64,000 bases of DNA from an uncultured cyanobacterium (GTDB lineage Bacteria; Cyanobacteriota; Cyanobacteriia; Cyanobacteriales; Cyanobacteriaceae), in the NCBI GenBank assembly GCA_963710605.1, contig CAVQBA010000004.1:1120001-1184000 (forward strand), written 5' to 3'. The translations under genes and the position numbers were made by a program. Shown here in pieces: positions 1 through 10,807 of the stretch. Under the pieces are notes generated by a model. The model did no database searches and was not told where the DNA came from. It saw only the letters and a program-made list of their open reading frames with translations. How positions within the stretch are numbered: the stretch's first letter is position 1; each line of letters starts with the position of its first letter.

Positions 1-105
1 AATTACCCCCATCAAACCAAAAACGATCGCTAAACCAAGGGCGGCAATTAGTAAAACTGAACCAATACTAATACCATTTAAAAAGCCTTCAAAAAAAAGT
101 AGCAT
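1..105 (-). CDS. urtB: Urea ABC transporter permease UrtB, 5' part (runs off the window start)
   Basis: Manual translation from ATG at 105: MLLFFEGFLNGISIGSVLLIAALGLAIVFGLMGVI, the typical UrtB/LivH N-terminus. Confidence 0.75.
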   Translation of the reverse strand, partial: MLLFFEGFLNGISIGSVLLIAALGLAIVFGLMGVI

Positions 106-513
106 TACCTAAAAAAGTTGTAAATTATATTTAATCGATTGATAGATTATCCTCACAAATACTAATTCATTTTGGTCATCATAATCACAATTAATTTTTT
201 GGCAATCTATAGCGTTTTGAACAGTTGAATACAGTTCCCCATCCTTTAAAGGAGGGGTTAGGGGTGGTAGCTTTGATTTGGAATACAATATTCGGATTAT
301 ATAAACCGCAGAGGACAGCAGAGGACGCAGAGAGAGGAAAGAAGAGAGAAGTTATGAGTAATAGGGAAGAGGGAAGAGCGAATAGAGAGTAAGAAGTATA
401 AATTGTCAATTGTAGATTATTTAAGTTGATCACTGTTATCTATTATCTGTTATCTGGTTCGCTGTTACTATAAAATGATTCTATAAACGCTTTACAAAGA
501 TAAAAAACAAATT

Positions 514-2562
514 ATGTTGAAATTAATTAAAGGTAAATTTTGGCAAAAATTAATTTCTCTTCCTTTAGGATTATTTATCACCACATCAGCAATGGCAGTA
601 ACACCTCCTCGTAACGTAGAAATAACAGAAGAATGTGAAATATTAGTCGTCGGTGCAGGATTAGCAGGGGCGGCAACAGCATACGAAGCCTTACTAATGG
701 GTAAAATTGTTTGTATGACAGACGTTACCGATTGGGTGGGCGGACAAATTTCTTCACAAGGTACATCAGCACTAGATGAACGATCGACACAACGAAGTGA
801 ATTATTTTTTCCTCGTGGTTATTTAGAATTAAGAGATAGATTAGAAAAATTTTATGGTGAATTAAACCCTGGGCAATGTTGGGTAAGTGCTTCTTGTTTT
901 TTACCTAAAGATGCTCACACAGTTTTGTACACACAATTAAAAGATGCCGCTAAAAAAGGTAAAGGTAAATTGAAATGGTATCCTAATACCGTAATCAAAG
1001 ATGTCAATATCCAAACTGTTACCGATGCAGGCACAGGGCAACAAATCGTAGAGGCGATCGCTATTCGACATCAAGCTCAACCCAATACCCCTGCTTTAAA
1101 TACCGAGCCATTATCACAAATAATTGAAGACGCTTATACCTACGCTGATTCTTCAAGGTTACAGAAAAAAATAATTAAATTTGCTCCTGTTAAAAAACAA
1201 TCAAAAGAAAAAGCAAAAACAGATTGGATAGTAGTAGAAGCCACAGAAACAGGCGAATTAATAGGTTTAACTGATATACCTTACAACTTAGGAATCGATC
1301 CTTTATCAGAATTAGAGCCGTCATCTTCAAGTAAAAATGGTAATCCTTATTGTACCCAAGGATTTACTTATACCTTTGCAATGGAGCAAACTGACAAACC
1401 TCAACCACAACCTGAGCCTAGTTTTTACAAGCAACATGAGCCATACTATAGTTACGAATTAGAAAGATTAGCCAATTTTGATTTGGTTTATACCTATCGT
1501 CGTATTTGGAAAGCCGAAGATAGTGAAAAAGAAAAATTCAGAGGGATTGAATTTAGTAAGCCTACTACAGGTGATATCTCCATGCAAAATTGGACATGGG
1601 GAAATGATTACCGCCCTGGTACATCTAAAGATAATTTCATTTATACCAGAAAACAATTAGAACAATCAGGACAATTAAAAACCCACGGCTGGAAAGGCGG
1701 TTTGCGTACTCAAACTTTATTTAAAGGAGAACAACACGCTCTAGGTTATTATCATTGGTTAGTAGCGGGTACAACAGATTCTCAACTAGGTGACGGAGTT
1801 AAAAAACCTCATCCTAACCAAATTTTATTAAAAGGTTTAGATTCACCTATGGGTACAATGCACGGTTTATCTAAATATCCTTATATTCGAGAAGGTAGAA
1901 GAATTATTGGCAGACCAAATTACGCTTACCCCGATGGTTTTATGGTCAACGAAATTGATATTTCTCGGATTAATTATCGAGATGATTATTATCGTCAAAC
2001 ACTCTCTGCTGATCAATATCGTCGCTTACAGGGTTTATTAGCAGGTTTAGAAGGAATTGCTGTCATTGCAGGTCAAGTTGAGCCAGATAGAGCTGTTAAA
2101 CGTAGTCGATCGACTATTTATGCTGACTCGGTTGGGATCGGACATTATGCGATCGATTTTCATCCTTGTATGGTAGAAAGTCCACCTGAAAAAGCAGGCA
2201 ACAAAGAATTTCCCGGAGAAAGAAGAGGGCAAGGACAAGCATATCCATTTCAGATACCTTTATCTGCTCTCATTCCTCAGAAAATAGACAACATGATGGT
2301 TGTCGGTAAAAGTATTGCCACTAGTCATATCGCTTCGGCGGCTTATAGGGTACATTCTTTTGAATGGTCATCTGGTGCGGCAGTGGGTACAACAGCATCT
2401 TTTGTTCTCAACAAAGGTATGTTACCTTATGAATTGACTCAAGGGTTTGCTTTTAGAAATAAACCCCTACAAGAGTTAAAGCAGATATTAGATAGTAATA
2501 ATAATCCCACCAAATTTCCTAATACCTCTATTTTTAATGAGGATTGGGATGATTGGCGATAA
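514..2562 (+). CDS. FAD-dependent oxidoreductase (secreted, cyanobacterial type)
   Basis: 682 aa; signal-like N-terminus; ILVVGAGLAG Rossmann motif; YPYIREGRR and YRVHSFEW motifs. Confidence 0.8.
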   Translation: MLKLIKGKFWQKLISLPLGLFITTSAMAVTPPRNVEITEECEILVVGAGLAGAATAYEALLMGKIVCMTDVTDWVGGQISSQGTSALDERSTQRSELFFPRGYLELRDRLEKFYGELNPGQCWVSASCFLPKDAHTVLYTQLKDAAKKGKGKLKWYPNTVIKDVNIQTVTDAGTGQQIVEAIAIRHQAQPNTPALNTEPLSQIIEDAYTYADSSRLQKKIIKFAPVKKQSKEKAKTDWIVVEATETGELIGLTDIPYNLGIDPLSELEPSSSSKNGNPYCTQGFTYTFAMEQTDKPQPQPEPSFYKQHEPYYSYELERLANFDLVYTYRRIWKAEDSEKEKFRGIEFSKPTTGDISMQNWTWGNDYRPGTSKDNFIYTRKQLEQSGQLKTHGWKGGLRTQTLFKGEQHALGYYHWLVAGTTDSQLGDGVKKPHPNQILLKGLDSPMGTMHGLSKYPYIREGRRIIGRPNYAYPDGFMVNEIDISRINYRDDYYRQTLSADQYRRLQGLLAGLEGIAVIAGQVEPDRAVKRSRSTIYADSVGIGHYAIDFHPCMVESPPEKAGNKEFPGERRGQGQAYPFQIPLSALIPQKIDNMMVVGKSIATSHIASAAYRVHSFEWSSGAAVGTTASFVLNKGMLPYELTQGFAFRNKPLQELKQILDSNNNPTKFPNTSIFNEDWDDWR

Positions 2563-2617
2563 ATAGTTGATAGCGGTTAGAAGCCGCAACGACTATAAGT
2601 CGCAAAGCAGGGGGACT

Positions 2618-2780
2618 TATAGTCATTTCAGTTAAGATTGAGACAGTATTAATAATTGTAAAACTGTGAGTCTTAAACCCACCTTGGGTATGAATTGACA
2701 AGGCTAACAGAATCCGTTTAATAAATTAAACTTTAATTTACTAGCATCGAATTGTCTCATTTTTATTTGAAATAACTATA
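2618..2780. mobile_element. MITE, ~163 bp, with ~28-bp terminal inverted repeats
   Basis: Left end TATAGTCATTTCAGTTAAGATTGAGACA versus reverse complement of the right end TATAGTTATTTCAAATAAAAATGAGACA; internal CCTTG..CAAGG hairpin; relatives at 23657-23958 and 29830-29991. Confidence 0.75.
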
Positions 2781-2859
2781 CTTAAAATAACTGTTACAAA
2801 TTTAGTTTAAATTATTATTAATAACGAGCTATATCGATTTTTTTAATCAATAAAATACC

Positions 2860-2917
2860 AAAGTTCATGATAATGAACGGATTCTATTAGCCTTGCACGA
2901 TAGTTCAAGGCGGGTTA
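2860..2917. repeat. Dispersed hairpin repeat related to the MITE core; inverted copy at ~12323-12381
   Basis: aaagttcatga..tattagccttgcacgatagttcaaggcgggtt is nearly the reverse complement of aacccgccttgaactatcgtgcaaggctaatagaa..tcatgaacttt. Confidence 0.7.
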
Positions 2918-2955
2918 TTACTCCCTACTCCTTATTCCTTACTCATTACTCATTA

Positions 2956-3297
2956 TCATCGATCGTCTCCGTCTCCTTTAATAGTATTATTGGCTTTTCT
3001 ATTTTGTAGCTTATTAATGTTATCAGCCATTACTTGTGCCGGATCTAAACCTAACTCATCACATAGCCTTACCCAATACCATGCAACATCGCCAAGTTCT
3101 TTGCCTAGCTTATCTTTTGCAGTTTCAACATCAAAATCTTGACGAATATATTTTTTTACAACTCCACTAACTTCTCCTGCTTCACTGGCTAAACCGAGAG
3201 TAAGATATTCTAAAAATGTATCTTTGGGGTAAATAGCGGTGGTTCGGGTTAACTCTAAATACTGTTGAATATCCATATAATAATTAAAAACTGACAA
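2956..3297 (-). CDS. MazG-like nucleoside triphosphate pyrophosphohydrolase
   Basis: GLASEAGEV and KELGDVAWY motifs. Confidence 0.85.
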   Translation of the reverse strand: MSVFNYYMDIQQYLELTRTTAIYPKDTFLEYLTLGLASEAGEVSGVVKKYIRQDFDVETAKDKLGKELGDVAWYWVRLCDELGLDPAQVMADNINKLQNRKANNTIKGDGDDR

Positions 3298-3452
3298 TTG
3301 ATAATTATACCAAAAGCTTTAGCTTCAAATCCATAACTACTTTATTCATAAATTATCTACCTTAAAACAAGATTAAGGAAAATTATTTTACCTAACAAAA
3401 CAAGGTTTAAAAAGTTTATTAATTATTTTTAAATATGAGTAAGTAAACTTAG

Positions 3453-4268
3453 TCATTTTTCAGTTATTAAATAATATTTATTACCAGACTTGTGATAAGA
3501 AATACGATAAATTTCAGGTGAAAATTTAATTGTACTTGTTGCTCTAGATGAAGAAACTTTGACATTTAAAGTACCTAGAGAATCAACACCCATTAAAATA
3601 CCTTTGTTTTCTGAAAATAAAACTGACTGACCACAATTGTAAAGTAAGTTATTATAAGTTTTGACGATCGATTCTATTTCGTTTTGACAATAATTATCAT
3701 AACTTTTTATTAATCCTAAAACAATGATTTTAGCTAGTTTTTCTAGATTATCAATTGGGTTTGTTTTTTGTTGGTTTATCCAATAATTCAAATTAACCCC
3801 AGACGAATTGACATCATTTTGATAATTGATACCAACACCAAAGACAACTTTTTTTATTCTTTGATGAGATATTTTCGTTTCGCACAAAATACCGCCAAGT
3901 TTTTTTTCCGCTAAAATTAAATCGTTTAACCATTTAATCTTCACAGGAATATTAAATTTTTGTAATTGCGAAATAATACCCACTGCACTTAATAAGGTGA
4001 GATGATGAAGATTTTGAACAGGTAAATCAGTGTTTAAATATAAACTTAAATACAATCCTCCTACCCCAGATTCCCATCGGTTTCCTCTTTGCCCTTTTCC
4101 TGCGGTTTGTCGTTTGGCTATTACAAAAAAAGGAGTGTTTATTTTTTGGTTGGTGTTTAAGTGCCATGCTTGATCATTCGTCGAAGTGAGGGTATCGTAA
4201 ATATAACCATCGATCGTATTTAAGGGTAAATATTTAGGTAAATTAAAAGTTAGTTTATTCATGATCAC
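3453..4268 (-). CDS. birA: Biotin--[acetyl-CoA carboxylase] ligase
   Basis: STN, QTAGKGQRGNRW, KWLND and KKLGGILCE motifs. Confidence 0.9.
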   Translation of the reverse strand: MIMNKLTFNLPKYLPLNTIDGYIYDTLTSTNDQAWHLNTNQKINTPFFVIAKRQTAGKGQRGNRWESGVGGLYLSLYLNTDLPVQNLHHLTLLSAVGIISQLQKFNIPVKIKWLNDLILAEKKLGGILCETKISHQRIKKVVFGVGINYQNDVNSSGVNLNYWINQQKTNPIDNLEKLAKIIVLGLIKSYDNYCQNEIESIVKTYNNLLYNCGQSVLFSENKGILMGVDSLGTLNVKVSSSRATSTIKFSPEIYRISYHKSGNKYYLITEK

Positions 4269-4293
4269 ATCATGATTATATTTTATTTTTGAG

Positions 4294-4749
4294 ATGAAAC
4301 AAGAGCCAGAAAATTTAATTGATGTCGATAAAGTTAATCAAACGCCAATGAAAATTAAGTTAATTTATCTTAGTTTATTAGCTTTGGGCATTAAACTAGA
4401 ATCTACCTTTATTCCAACTACCAAATCAGAATTAGATTTAGTGATTGAATATGTAGTAGAGGTTGCTCAAAATAAAGAAGAGCGTATTAGAAGGGCTTGT
4501 TCATTATTAGAACAAATTGATAATTCTGATGATGTGAATTATTATTATGGTATCGTCAAAGATTATTTAGAAAAGTTTTCTGACTTATGTCGCTCGCCTG
4601 ATCAAACTTTAACTAATAACATCGACTTGTCTGTTAATATCCCTCCAGAACAAGAGTTTTCGATCGCAATCAAAACCTTGACAGATTTACTCTTTTATAG
4701 TACCCAATCAGGTAAAAACTACCTTAAGCAACATTTGCAATGTCTGTGA
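4294..4749 (+). CDS. Hypothetical protein
   Basis: 151-aa ORF filling the gap between birA and pyrR; no recognised motif. Confidence 0.6.
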   Translation: MKQEPENLIDVDKVNQTPMKIKLIYLSLLALGIKLESTFIPTTKSELDLVIEYVVEVAQNKEERIRRACSLLEQIDNSDDVNYYYGIVKDYLEKFSDLCRSPDQTLTNNIDLSVNIPPEQEFSIAIKTLTDLLFYSTQSGKNYLKQHLQCL

Positions 4750-4754
4750 AACAA

Positions 4755-5288
4755 TTATTTAATCACTTGTACAGCATCTTGTCCATCGATCGATTCTAGA
4801 TAAACCTTAACTTGCTCATCTTTTGCCGTAGGTAGAGTTTTACCGATGAAATCAGGATGAATAGGTAATTGACGATGTCCTCGATCGACTAAAACTAATA
4901 AATTAATCATTTCTGGTCTGCCATAGTCTGTAACGGCATTCAAAGCGGCTCTGATGGTTCTACCACTATAAACCACATCATCTACTAAAATAACAATTTT
5001 ATCGGTTAAATCAACGGGTATAGAGGACTTCTGAGGCGTTCTAGTTTTGATTTGATCTAAATCATCTCGATAAAAAGTAATATCGATCGCCCCGACAGGT
5101 ATTTTTACTTGCTCGATTAATTCAATTTGTTGAGCTAGATAATGAGCTAAAGGTACACCTCTAGTATAAATTCCTAATAAGACAACCTTAGATAAATCAG
5201 CTGCCCTTTCGACAACTTGAGACGCTAAGCGATTTAATGTTCGACGTATTTCTTCTGCTGATAATATTTCGATAATTTGACTGGACAT
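4755..5288 (-). CDS. pyrR: Bifunctional pyr operon regulator / uracil phosphoribosyltransferase
   Basis: [25 protein letters not shown] and DRGHRQLPI motifs. Confidence 0.95.
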   Translation of the reverse strand: MSSQIIEILSAEEIRRTLNRLASQVVERAADLSKVVLLGIYTRGVPLAHYLAQQIELIEQVKIPVGAIDITFYRDDLDQIKTRTPQKSSIPVDLTDKIVILVDDVVYSGRTIRAALNAVTDYGRPEMINLLVLVDRGHRQLPIHPDFIGKTLPTAKDEQVKVYLESIDGQDAVQVIK

Positions 5289-5508
5289 TTTTTAATCAAT
5301 CACTTATTAAAAAGATATTTCTGGTCAACAAAGGGCAAAGGGGGAGATTCGGGGCTTTAAACCCTTGATTTTTTGGGAAAAATTACATCGAGATAAAAAA
5401 TTTATTCTGATATCCAATTAATTTTGTTTACCTACTTATAATTAACTTGAAGAAAAAAGAACAAACTTTTAGAGTCAGATAAATTCTCTTTTCTTCATTC
5501 AAAAATAA

Positions 5509-6270
5509 TTATTTGTTATCAACCAATTCGTCTGAATCAGTCTCATTTACAGCGACTAAAACCACAGTAATATTATCCGAACCACCATTATCTTTAGCAG
5601 TTTGTACTAAACTAACAGCCGTTTTATCTAAGTCTTCTTTTTCTTGAAACTTTTGCGTAATTACTTTATCAGTGACTTCTTCGGTTAAACCATCACTACA
5701 AAGCAAAAAGTAATCTCCTGACTTGATATCATCAATAGTTTCAATCTCCATTCCCTCAAACAAATCTCTACGCCCTAAACACTGTGACAAGACGTGTCGG
5801 AAAGGATGATGTTTTGCATCTTCTGGATTAATTTCTCCTGCTTTTATCGCTTGAGAAATCCAAGTATGATCTGCGGTAACTTGCTCTAAATTACCATCAT
5901 AATAACGATAAAGACGAGAGTCACCCACATGAGCACGCCAAGTTTGTTTCTCACGAAAAATAACGACAACTAATGTTGTCCCCATATCTTTCCTTTCAGG
6001 ATGAAGTTGTTGATCTTCTAGAATACCTTCATTAGCTTGATAAATAGCTTTTTCGAGTAAATCATAAGACGAAGTAGGAGCAGTCCAATTTTCTTCAAGA
6101 TAATCTTTTACCACTTCAGTGGCGATTTTACTTGCTTCTTCTCCACCAGCATGACCACCCATACCATCAGCTAGAATAAAAAAGCGACAATCAGGATCTA
6201 TATAGTGATTGTCTTGATTATAAGGTCTAACTAATCCGGGATCTGTTAAACCTGCAGATGCACATTTCAT
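5509..6270 (-). CDS. PP2C-family Ser/Thr phosphatase (PphA-like)
   Basis: NQD, ADGMGG, HVGDSR, LLCSDGL and GGSDNIT motifs. Confidence 0.92.
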   Translation of the reverse strand: MKCASAGLTDPGLVRPYNQDNHYIDPDCRFFILADGMGGHAGGEEASKIATEVVKDYLEENWTAPTSSYDLLEKAIYQANEGILEDQQLHPERKDMGTTLVVVIFREKQTWRAHVGDSRLYRYYDGNLEQVTADHTWISQAIKAGEINPEDAKHHPFRHVLSQCLGRRDLFEGMEIETIDDIKSGDYFLLCSDGLTEEVTDKVITQKFQEKEDLDKTAVSLVQTAKDNGGSDNITVVLVAVNETDSDELVDNK

Positions 6271-6302
6271 AAAATCAATCTAAATTTATTAATAGTGGTG
6301 AA

Positions 6303-8066
6303 TTAGAGTTTACGATCTAATTTGTCTAATTTTCGTAACAAACGGAATAGAGAAAAAGCAGGTAACATACTTATTACGAAAACACCAATGGCTAATTCCC
6401 ATAATCCATTAACAACTAGTATAGTACCAGATAAAATCAATGCACCAACAAATAAACTATAGTTTGTTGCCATTTGCATACCCACAATTTTACGTAAAAG
6501 ACGTTCAGATTCTAGTGAACGAACTCGTAAACGAATATCTCCTCTATCTATTTTGTCTATTGTATCTTCTAGACGTTTAGGTAAACTTAACGCACTACTA
6601 CTAACTTTAACTGCTTGACGACTGATTTCGTCTAAGAAAGATTGACCGCCACCGTTTTTAGTATAATCATTCATAACTTCTAGGGCATAGGGTTGAGCTA
6701 CTTGCATAAAATTAAATTCTGGATCTAAACCTTTGCCGACTCCTTCTAGGGTAGAAAATGCACGCATAACAAAAGTAAACGTAGCAGGAAAACGGAAAGG
6801 TTGATCGTAGGCAATTTCAAATAAATCTTCACTTATTTTATTAATTGATTGGTCTTCAAATGGTTTATCCATGAAATTGTCTAACATGAATTGAACCGAT
6901 CGTCTAACAGGGCCGGGGTCGTCAGTTATTTTGAGAGCTTCTAAATCAACTAAAGCATCCACAACTCGATCGGCGTTTTTTTCAGTAATCCCAAATAACA
7001 TTTCCATCAATTTTTCTTTGACGTTACTTTTTAATTGCCCCATCATGCCAAAATCATAAAAAATTAAAGCTCCATCAGCGGCAACGGCTAAATTACCCGG
7101 ATGTGGATCGGCATGAAAAAATCCGTCGTTAAGTAATTGTTGTAAATATGCTTTTGCACCTAGACGAGCTAAGACTTTACGTTCTAAACCAGCTACTTCG
7201 ATCGCTTCATAGTTACTAATCTTAATTCCGGGCATATATTCTAAGGTTAACACCGAAGGAGAGCTATAACGCCAGTAAATTTTAGGTACTTTAACCCATT
7301 CAGCAGAGCGAAAATTACGACGAAAAATATCGGCGTTACGTCCTTCATTAAGATAATCTGTTTCTTCCCAGAGGATACGACTACATTCATCATAAATACC
7401 CAACCAATCTTTCCCTTTTCCCCATTCAGGGTGACGTTGAAAATAACGGGTAATTTGTTTTAGTATTCCTAAATCGATCGTAAAAAGTTGTGGTAAACCC
7501 GGACGTTGAATTTTGACGACAACTTCTTCTCCTGATTTTAACTGTGCTCTATGTACTTGACCTAAACTAGCCGCGGCAATGGGTGTAGGATCAAAAGTTA
7601 GGAATAGTTGTTCTAAGGATTTGCCAAAATCTTTTTCAATAATCGCCGCTCCTCTTTCAAAACTAAACGCTGGTACTCTATCTTGTAATTTGGATAACTC
7701 TTCAACGTATTCGATCGGAAATAAATCGGCACGAGTTGAAAAAAGTTGCCCAACTTTGATGAAAGTAGGACCTAGTTCGAGTAAATTTTCTCTAATCCAT
7801 TGAGCTTGTAAACGACGACGGATTATTCTTTTTTCTTCGGTATAACCATTGAAATAAGTCCATTTTTTGCCATTACGCCAAAGTTTGAATAAAAGAGTAA
7901 AAACAAAAACCCAAATATCAATTCTTCGTCGTAAACCAGAATAATGACCTCGATTCCAACGATAGCTATTTTTTCCAGCTCTAGGTTTAGTTGTCATTAC
8001 CTTAGGTGTTGGAAAATTAGGTTCGGATTCAGGATAGTTGTTAGAGTTAGGGTATGCTGTTGACAC
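6303..8066 (-). CDS. AarF/ABC1/UbiB-family kinase
   Basis: GPTFIKVGQ, AASLGQVH, VKIQRP and FHADPHPGN motifs. Confidence 0.92.
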   Translation of the reverse strand: MSTAYPNSNNYPESEPNFPTPKVMTTKPRAGKNSYRWNRGHYSGLRRRIDIWVFVFTLLFKLWRNGKKWTYFNGYTEEKRIIRRRLQAQWIRENLLELGPTFIKVGQLFSTRADLFPIEYVEELSKLQDRVPAFSFERGAAIIEKDFGKSLEQLFLTFDPTPIAAASLGQVHRAQLKSGEEVVVKIQRPGLPQLFTIDLGILKQITRYFQRHPEWGKGKDWLGIYDECSRILWEETDYLNEGRNADIFRRNFRSAEWVKVPKIYWRYSSPSVLTLEYMPGIKISNYEAIEVAGLERKVLARLGAKAYLQQLLNDGFFHADPHPGNLAVAADGALIFYDFGMMGQLKSNVKEKLMEMLFGITEKNADRVVDALVDLEALKITDDPGPVRRSVQFMLDNFMDKPFEDQSINKISEDLFEIAYDQPFRFPATFTFVMRAFSTLEGVGKGLDPEFNFMQVAQPYALEVMNDYTKNGGGQSFLDEISRQAVKVSSSALSLPKRLEDTIDKIDRGDIRLRVRSLESERLLRKIVGMQMATNYSLFVGALILSGTILVVNGLWELAIGVFVISMLPAFSLFRLLRKLDKLDRKL

Positions 8067-8141
8067 GGAGAAAATATCTTATATATTTTATTAAAAGATT
8101 GATTAAGGTTTTATAAAAAGAGATTAATAATCAAATAGGAA

Positions 8142-8462
8142 TTAATTATTTTGTCGATAACTGGTTAGTTCTGCTTTTAAACGAGCAATCTCGTGTCTTA
8201 ACTCGTCTAATGACTCTTGAGGGTCAATTATTACGTTTGTTTTGACAAGTGCTGAACTCGTATTGGTAGTTGTTGATTGTTCTTTACTCATTTGAGCTCT
8301 TAATTTCACTTCTTGAGTAAATTCTTGTAGTCGTTGCTTTGTTTCTGCATCAAATTTACCAATGTCACTTAGTAAATTAGTTAAATTATCTTCTAGTTTT
8401 TCACCAACTACTTCAGCTAGTGCCTTACTAATAAAGAATGCTTCATTGATAGGATTACTCAT
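8142..8462 (-). CDS. Conserved cyanobacterial coiled-coil hypothetical protein upstream of the ABC1 kinase
   Basis: 106 aa; LDELRHEIARLKAEL C-terminus; co-oriented with the kinase. Confidence 0.7.
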   Translation of the reverse strand: MSNPINEAFFISKALAEVVGEKLEDNLTNLLSDIGKFDAETKQRLQEFTQEVKLRAQMSKEQSTTTNTSSALVKTNVIIDPQESLDELRHEIARLKAELTSYRQNN

Positions 8463-9050
8463 TACTGCAATATTTCTTAATGCTTTTGTTACAAATTATA
8501 TCTTGATTTTCAGGCTTTACCTGAACTTCAAATAATATTTATTTGATTAGTTTATCGATATTACTATTGTAGTCCTTACGAGCCAAGACTTTGAGATTTA
8601 AATGAATGTATTACAATTCACAAGGTCAAGGAAATCAGTACTTCAAAAGTTAAATTAAAGATTATTTAAGTGATTTTGTTTTCCTTATTAATTAGATAAT
8701 AACTATTTTATAAAGCTAATTTAATCTATGTAAAAATAAAGCTTTAAAAGTCGAAATTCAATATATACATGGTTATTGAGAATTGAATTGATTATTAACT
8801 ATTAATTATTAACTATTTTAAATATTATTTTTCAACTCAAGTTTTGAAAGTTTAAATCATAGCAACTGAGTCACGAATAGTCACTAAAATTGCTTAATAT
8901 AACTTTAACTTAATTCAGTAAGTAATATTGTTGGCTGAAATTATTTACTTTTGACTATTATTTGTCTTGAAGACGAGTATATTATTGATTGAAAGTTAAT
9001 TAATTATCAGTTTGGATTTATCAAAAATTTTGGGTTTAAAACCCCCTCGT

Positions 9051-9452
9051 TCACGAGGGCTTTCGTTGGTTTTGAATATACTTTTTAAGGGTTTCTAGTG
9101 AAGCACCCCCACAAGAAGATACGAAGTAACTCGGACTCCACAAAGCGGATCTTCCCCTTGGTTTTCTAAAGCCCTGCTGTCCATATCTACGACTGGAAAC
9201 TCCTTTTAATGAATTTACCATCACAGATATTGATAGCTTCGGTGGGTATTCAATCATTACATGGATATGATCGTTTTCCCCATTAAATTCTAATACTTTA
9301 AAATTCATTGATTCTGCTACCTCATTAAACGATTTTTCAATCGCTTTCAAAGATTCACTCGTCAGTATTTTCTCTCTATATTTTGTTACACATACCAAAT
9401 GAGTATAAAGGCTTGAAACACTATTTCTTTCTCTCCTTAATTTACTGTACAT
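9051..9452 (-). CDS. tnpA: IS200/IS605 Y1 transposase
   Basis: HLVCVTKYR, HUH motif DHIH, LWSPSYF and KKYIQNQ (catalytic Tyr). Confidence 0.95.
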   Translation of the reverse strand: MYSKLRRERNSVSSLYTHLVCVTKYREKILTSESLKAIEKSFNEVAESMNFKVLEFNGENDHIHVMIEYPPKLSISVMVNSLKGVSSRRYGQQGFRKPRGRSALWSPSYFVSSCGGASLETLKKYIQNQRKPS

Positions 9453-9502
9453 TTTACATACCTATTGAGTATAATTAATACAGACCAATTTAATTTTAAC
9501 AT

Positions 9503-10717
9503 GTGAAACAGCGGTATAAATATAGAATTTATCCTACAGATACACAAAAGCAATTGTTAGCTCAACTATTTGGCTGTTGTAGAGTTGTCTTCAATGACGC
9601 TGTAGCTCTTTGTCAACAGAGATATAAACAAGGTGAGAAGAAGCCAAATAATGGAGAATTAAGCAAAAAGTTGATTACTCAAGCAAAGAAGACAGAGAAA
9701 CGAAAATGGTTAAAAAATGTTTCTTCTGTGCCATTGCAACAAAGCCTAAGAGATTTTGAGCAAGCATTTTCAAACTTCTTTAAATCTGTTACAGGTAAGG
9801 TTCAAGGGAAACTAGTTAAACCGCCCAAGTTTAAAAAACGTCATTGCCGACAGACAGCTAAGTTTACAAATAATGCTTTTAAAGTAGGTCAACATAAAGT
9901 TTATCTGGCAAAAATAGGCACAGTGAAGATTGTCTGGTCTAGACAGTTACCAAGTCAACCATCATCGGTGACAGTTATAAAAGATAGTGCTGATAGATAT
10001 TTCCTTTCTTTTGTTGTCGAAACTTTTCCTGAAAAATTGCCAGATAATGGTAAATCAGTGGGGATCGATTTAGGGATTGAAACCTTTGCAACTATGAGTA
10101 ATGGGGAAAAAGTTAAATCTCCTAAGCCATTAAAGAAAAGACTCAAAAAATTAAGAAGATGTCAACGTAACTTGGCTCGTAAGCCTCAAGGTAGTAATCG
10201 CCGTTACAAGGCTAGAAAGAGACTAGCTAAAGTACATGGTTCTATTAAAGACACTCGAACTGATTTTCTCCACAAATTAAGTACTGACATTATTCGTGAG
10301 AACCAAACAATAGTATTAGAGGACTTAAATGTAAGTGGTATGGTGAAGAATCGCAAGTTAGCTAAAGCGATAAGCGATATGGGGTGGAGACAATTCAGAA
10401 CCATGTTAGAAGCAAAAGCCCAAATGTACGGGCGTGATTTTAGAGTAATCGATCGATGGACTCCAACCTCGCAAGTCTGTTCAACTTGTGGCTTCAATGG
10501 AGGCAAAAAAGAGCTTAATGTCAGACAGTGGAAATGTATCAATTGTGGTGCAGTTCACGATCGAGATGTTAATGCAGCAATAAATATAAAAGTCGCTGGT
10601 GGGCAATCAGAGACTGTAAAAAACGGACGTGGAGGAAAGGTAAGACCTTCTCAAAAAAAGGCACATTCCAATGAAGCGTCAACCACCCAACAATATACTC
10701 AACTGAGTTTATTTTAG
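9503..10717 (+). CDS. tnpB: RNA-guided endonuclease TnpB
   Basis: YKYRIYP N-terminus; RuvC residues GIDLG, LEDL and DRDVNAA; CxxC..CxxC zinc ribbon. Confidence 0.95.
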   Translation: MKQRYKYRIYPTDTQKQLLAQLFGCCRVVFNDAVALCQQRYKQGEKKPNNGELSKKLITQAKKTEKRKWLKNVSSVPLQQSLRDFEQAFSNFFKSVTGKVQGKLVKPPKFKKRHCRQTAKFTNNAFKVGQHKVYLAKIGTVKIVWSRQLPSQPSSVTVIKDSADRYFLSFVVETFPEKLPDNGKSVGIDLGIETFATMSNGEKVKSPKPLKKRLKKLRRCQRNLARKPQGSNRRYKARKRLAKVHGSIKDTRTDFLHKLSTDIIRENQTIVLEDLNVSGMVKNRKLAKAISDMGWRQFRTMLEAKAQMYGRDFRVIDRWTPTSQVCSTCGFNGGKKELNVRQWKCINCGAVHDRDVNAAINIKVAGGQSETVKNGRGGKVRPSQKKAHSNEASTTQQYTQLSLF

Positions 10718-10807
10718 GAATCCTCGTGCGTTCACGCCGAGGAGGATGTCAAGTAATTAAAGTTAGGTTATTATAATAGATTAAACAAAAAAAACGAGGA
10801 AAAAAAA

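Larger units (their letters stand above)
9022..10752. mobile_element. IS200/IS605-family element with divergent tnpA and tnpB
   Basis: Left-end hairpin CCCTCGTTCACGAGGG (~9044-9059); right-end hairpin CCTCGTGCGTTCACGCCGAGG ending ..GATGTCAA at 10752; TTTAT immediately before the inferred left end (left boundary approximate). Confidence 0.88.
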
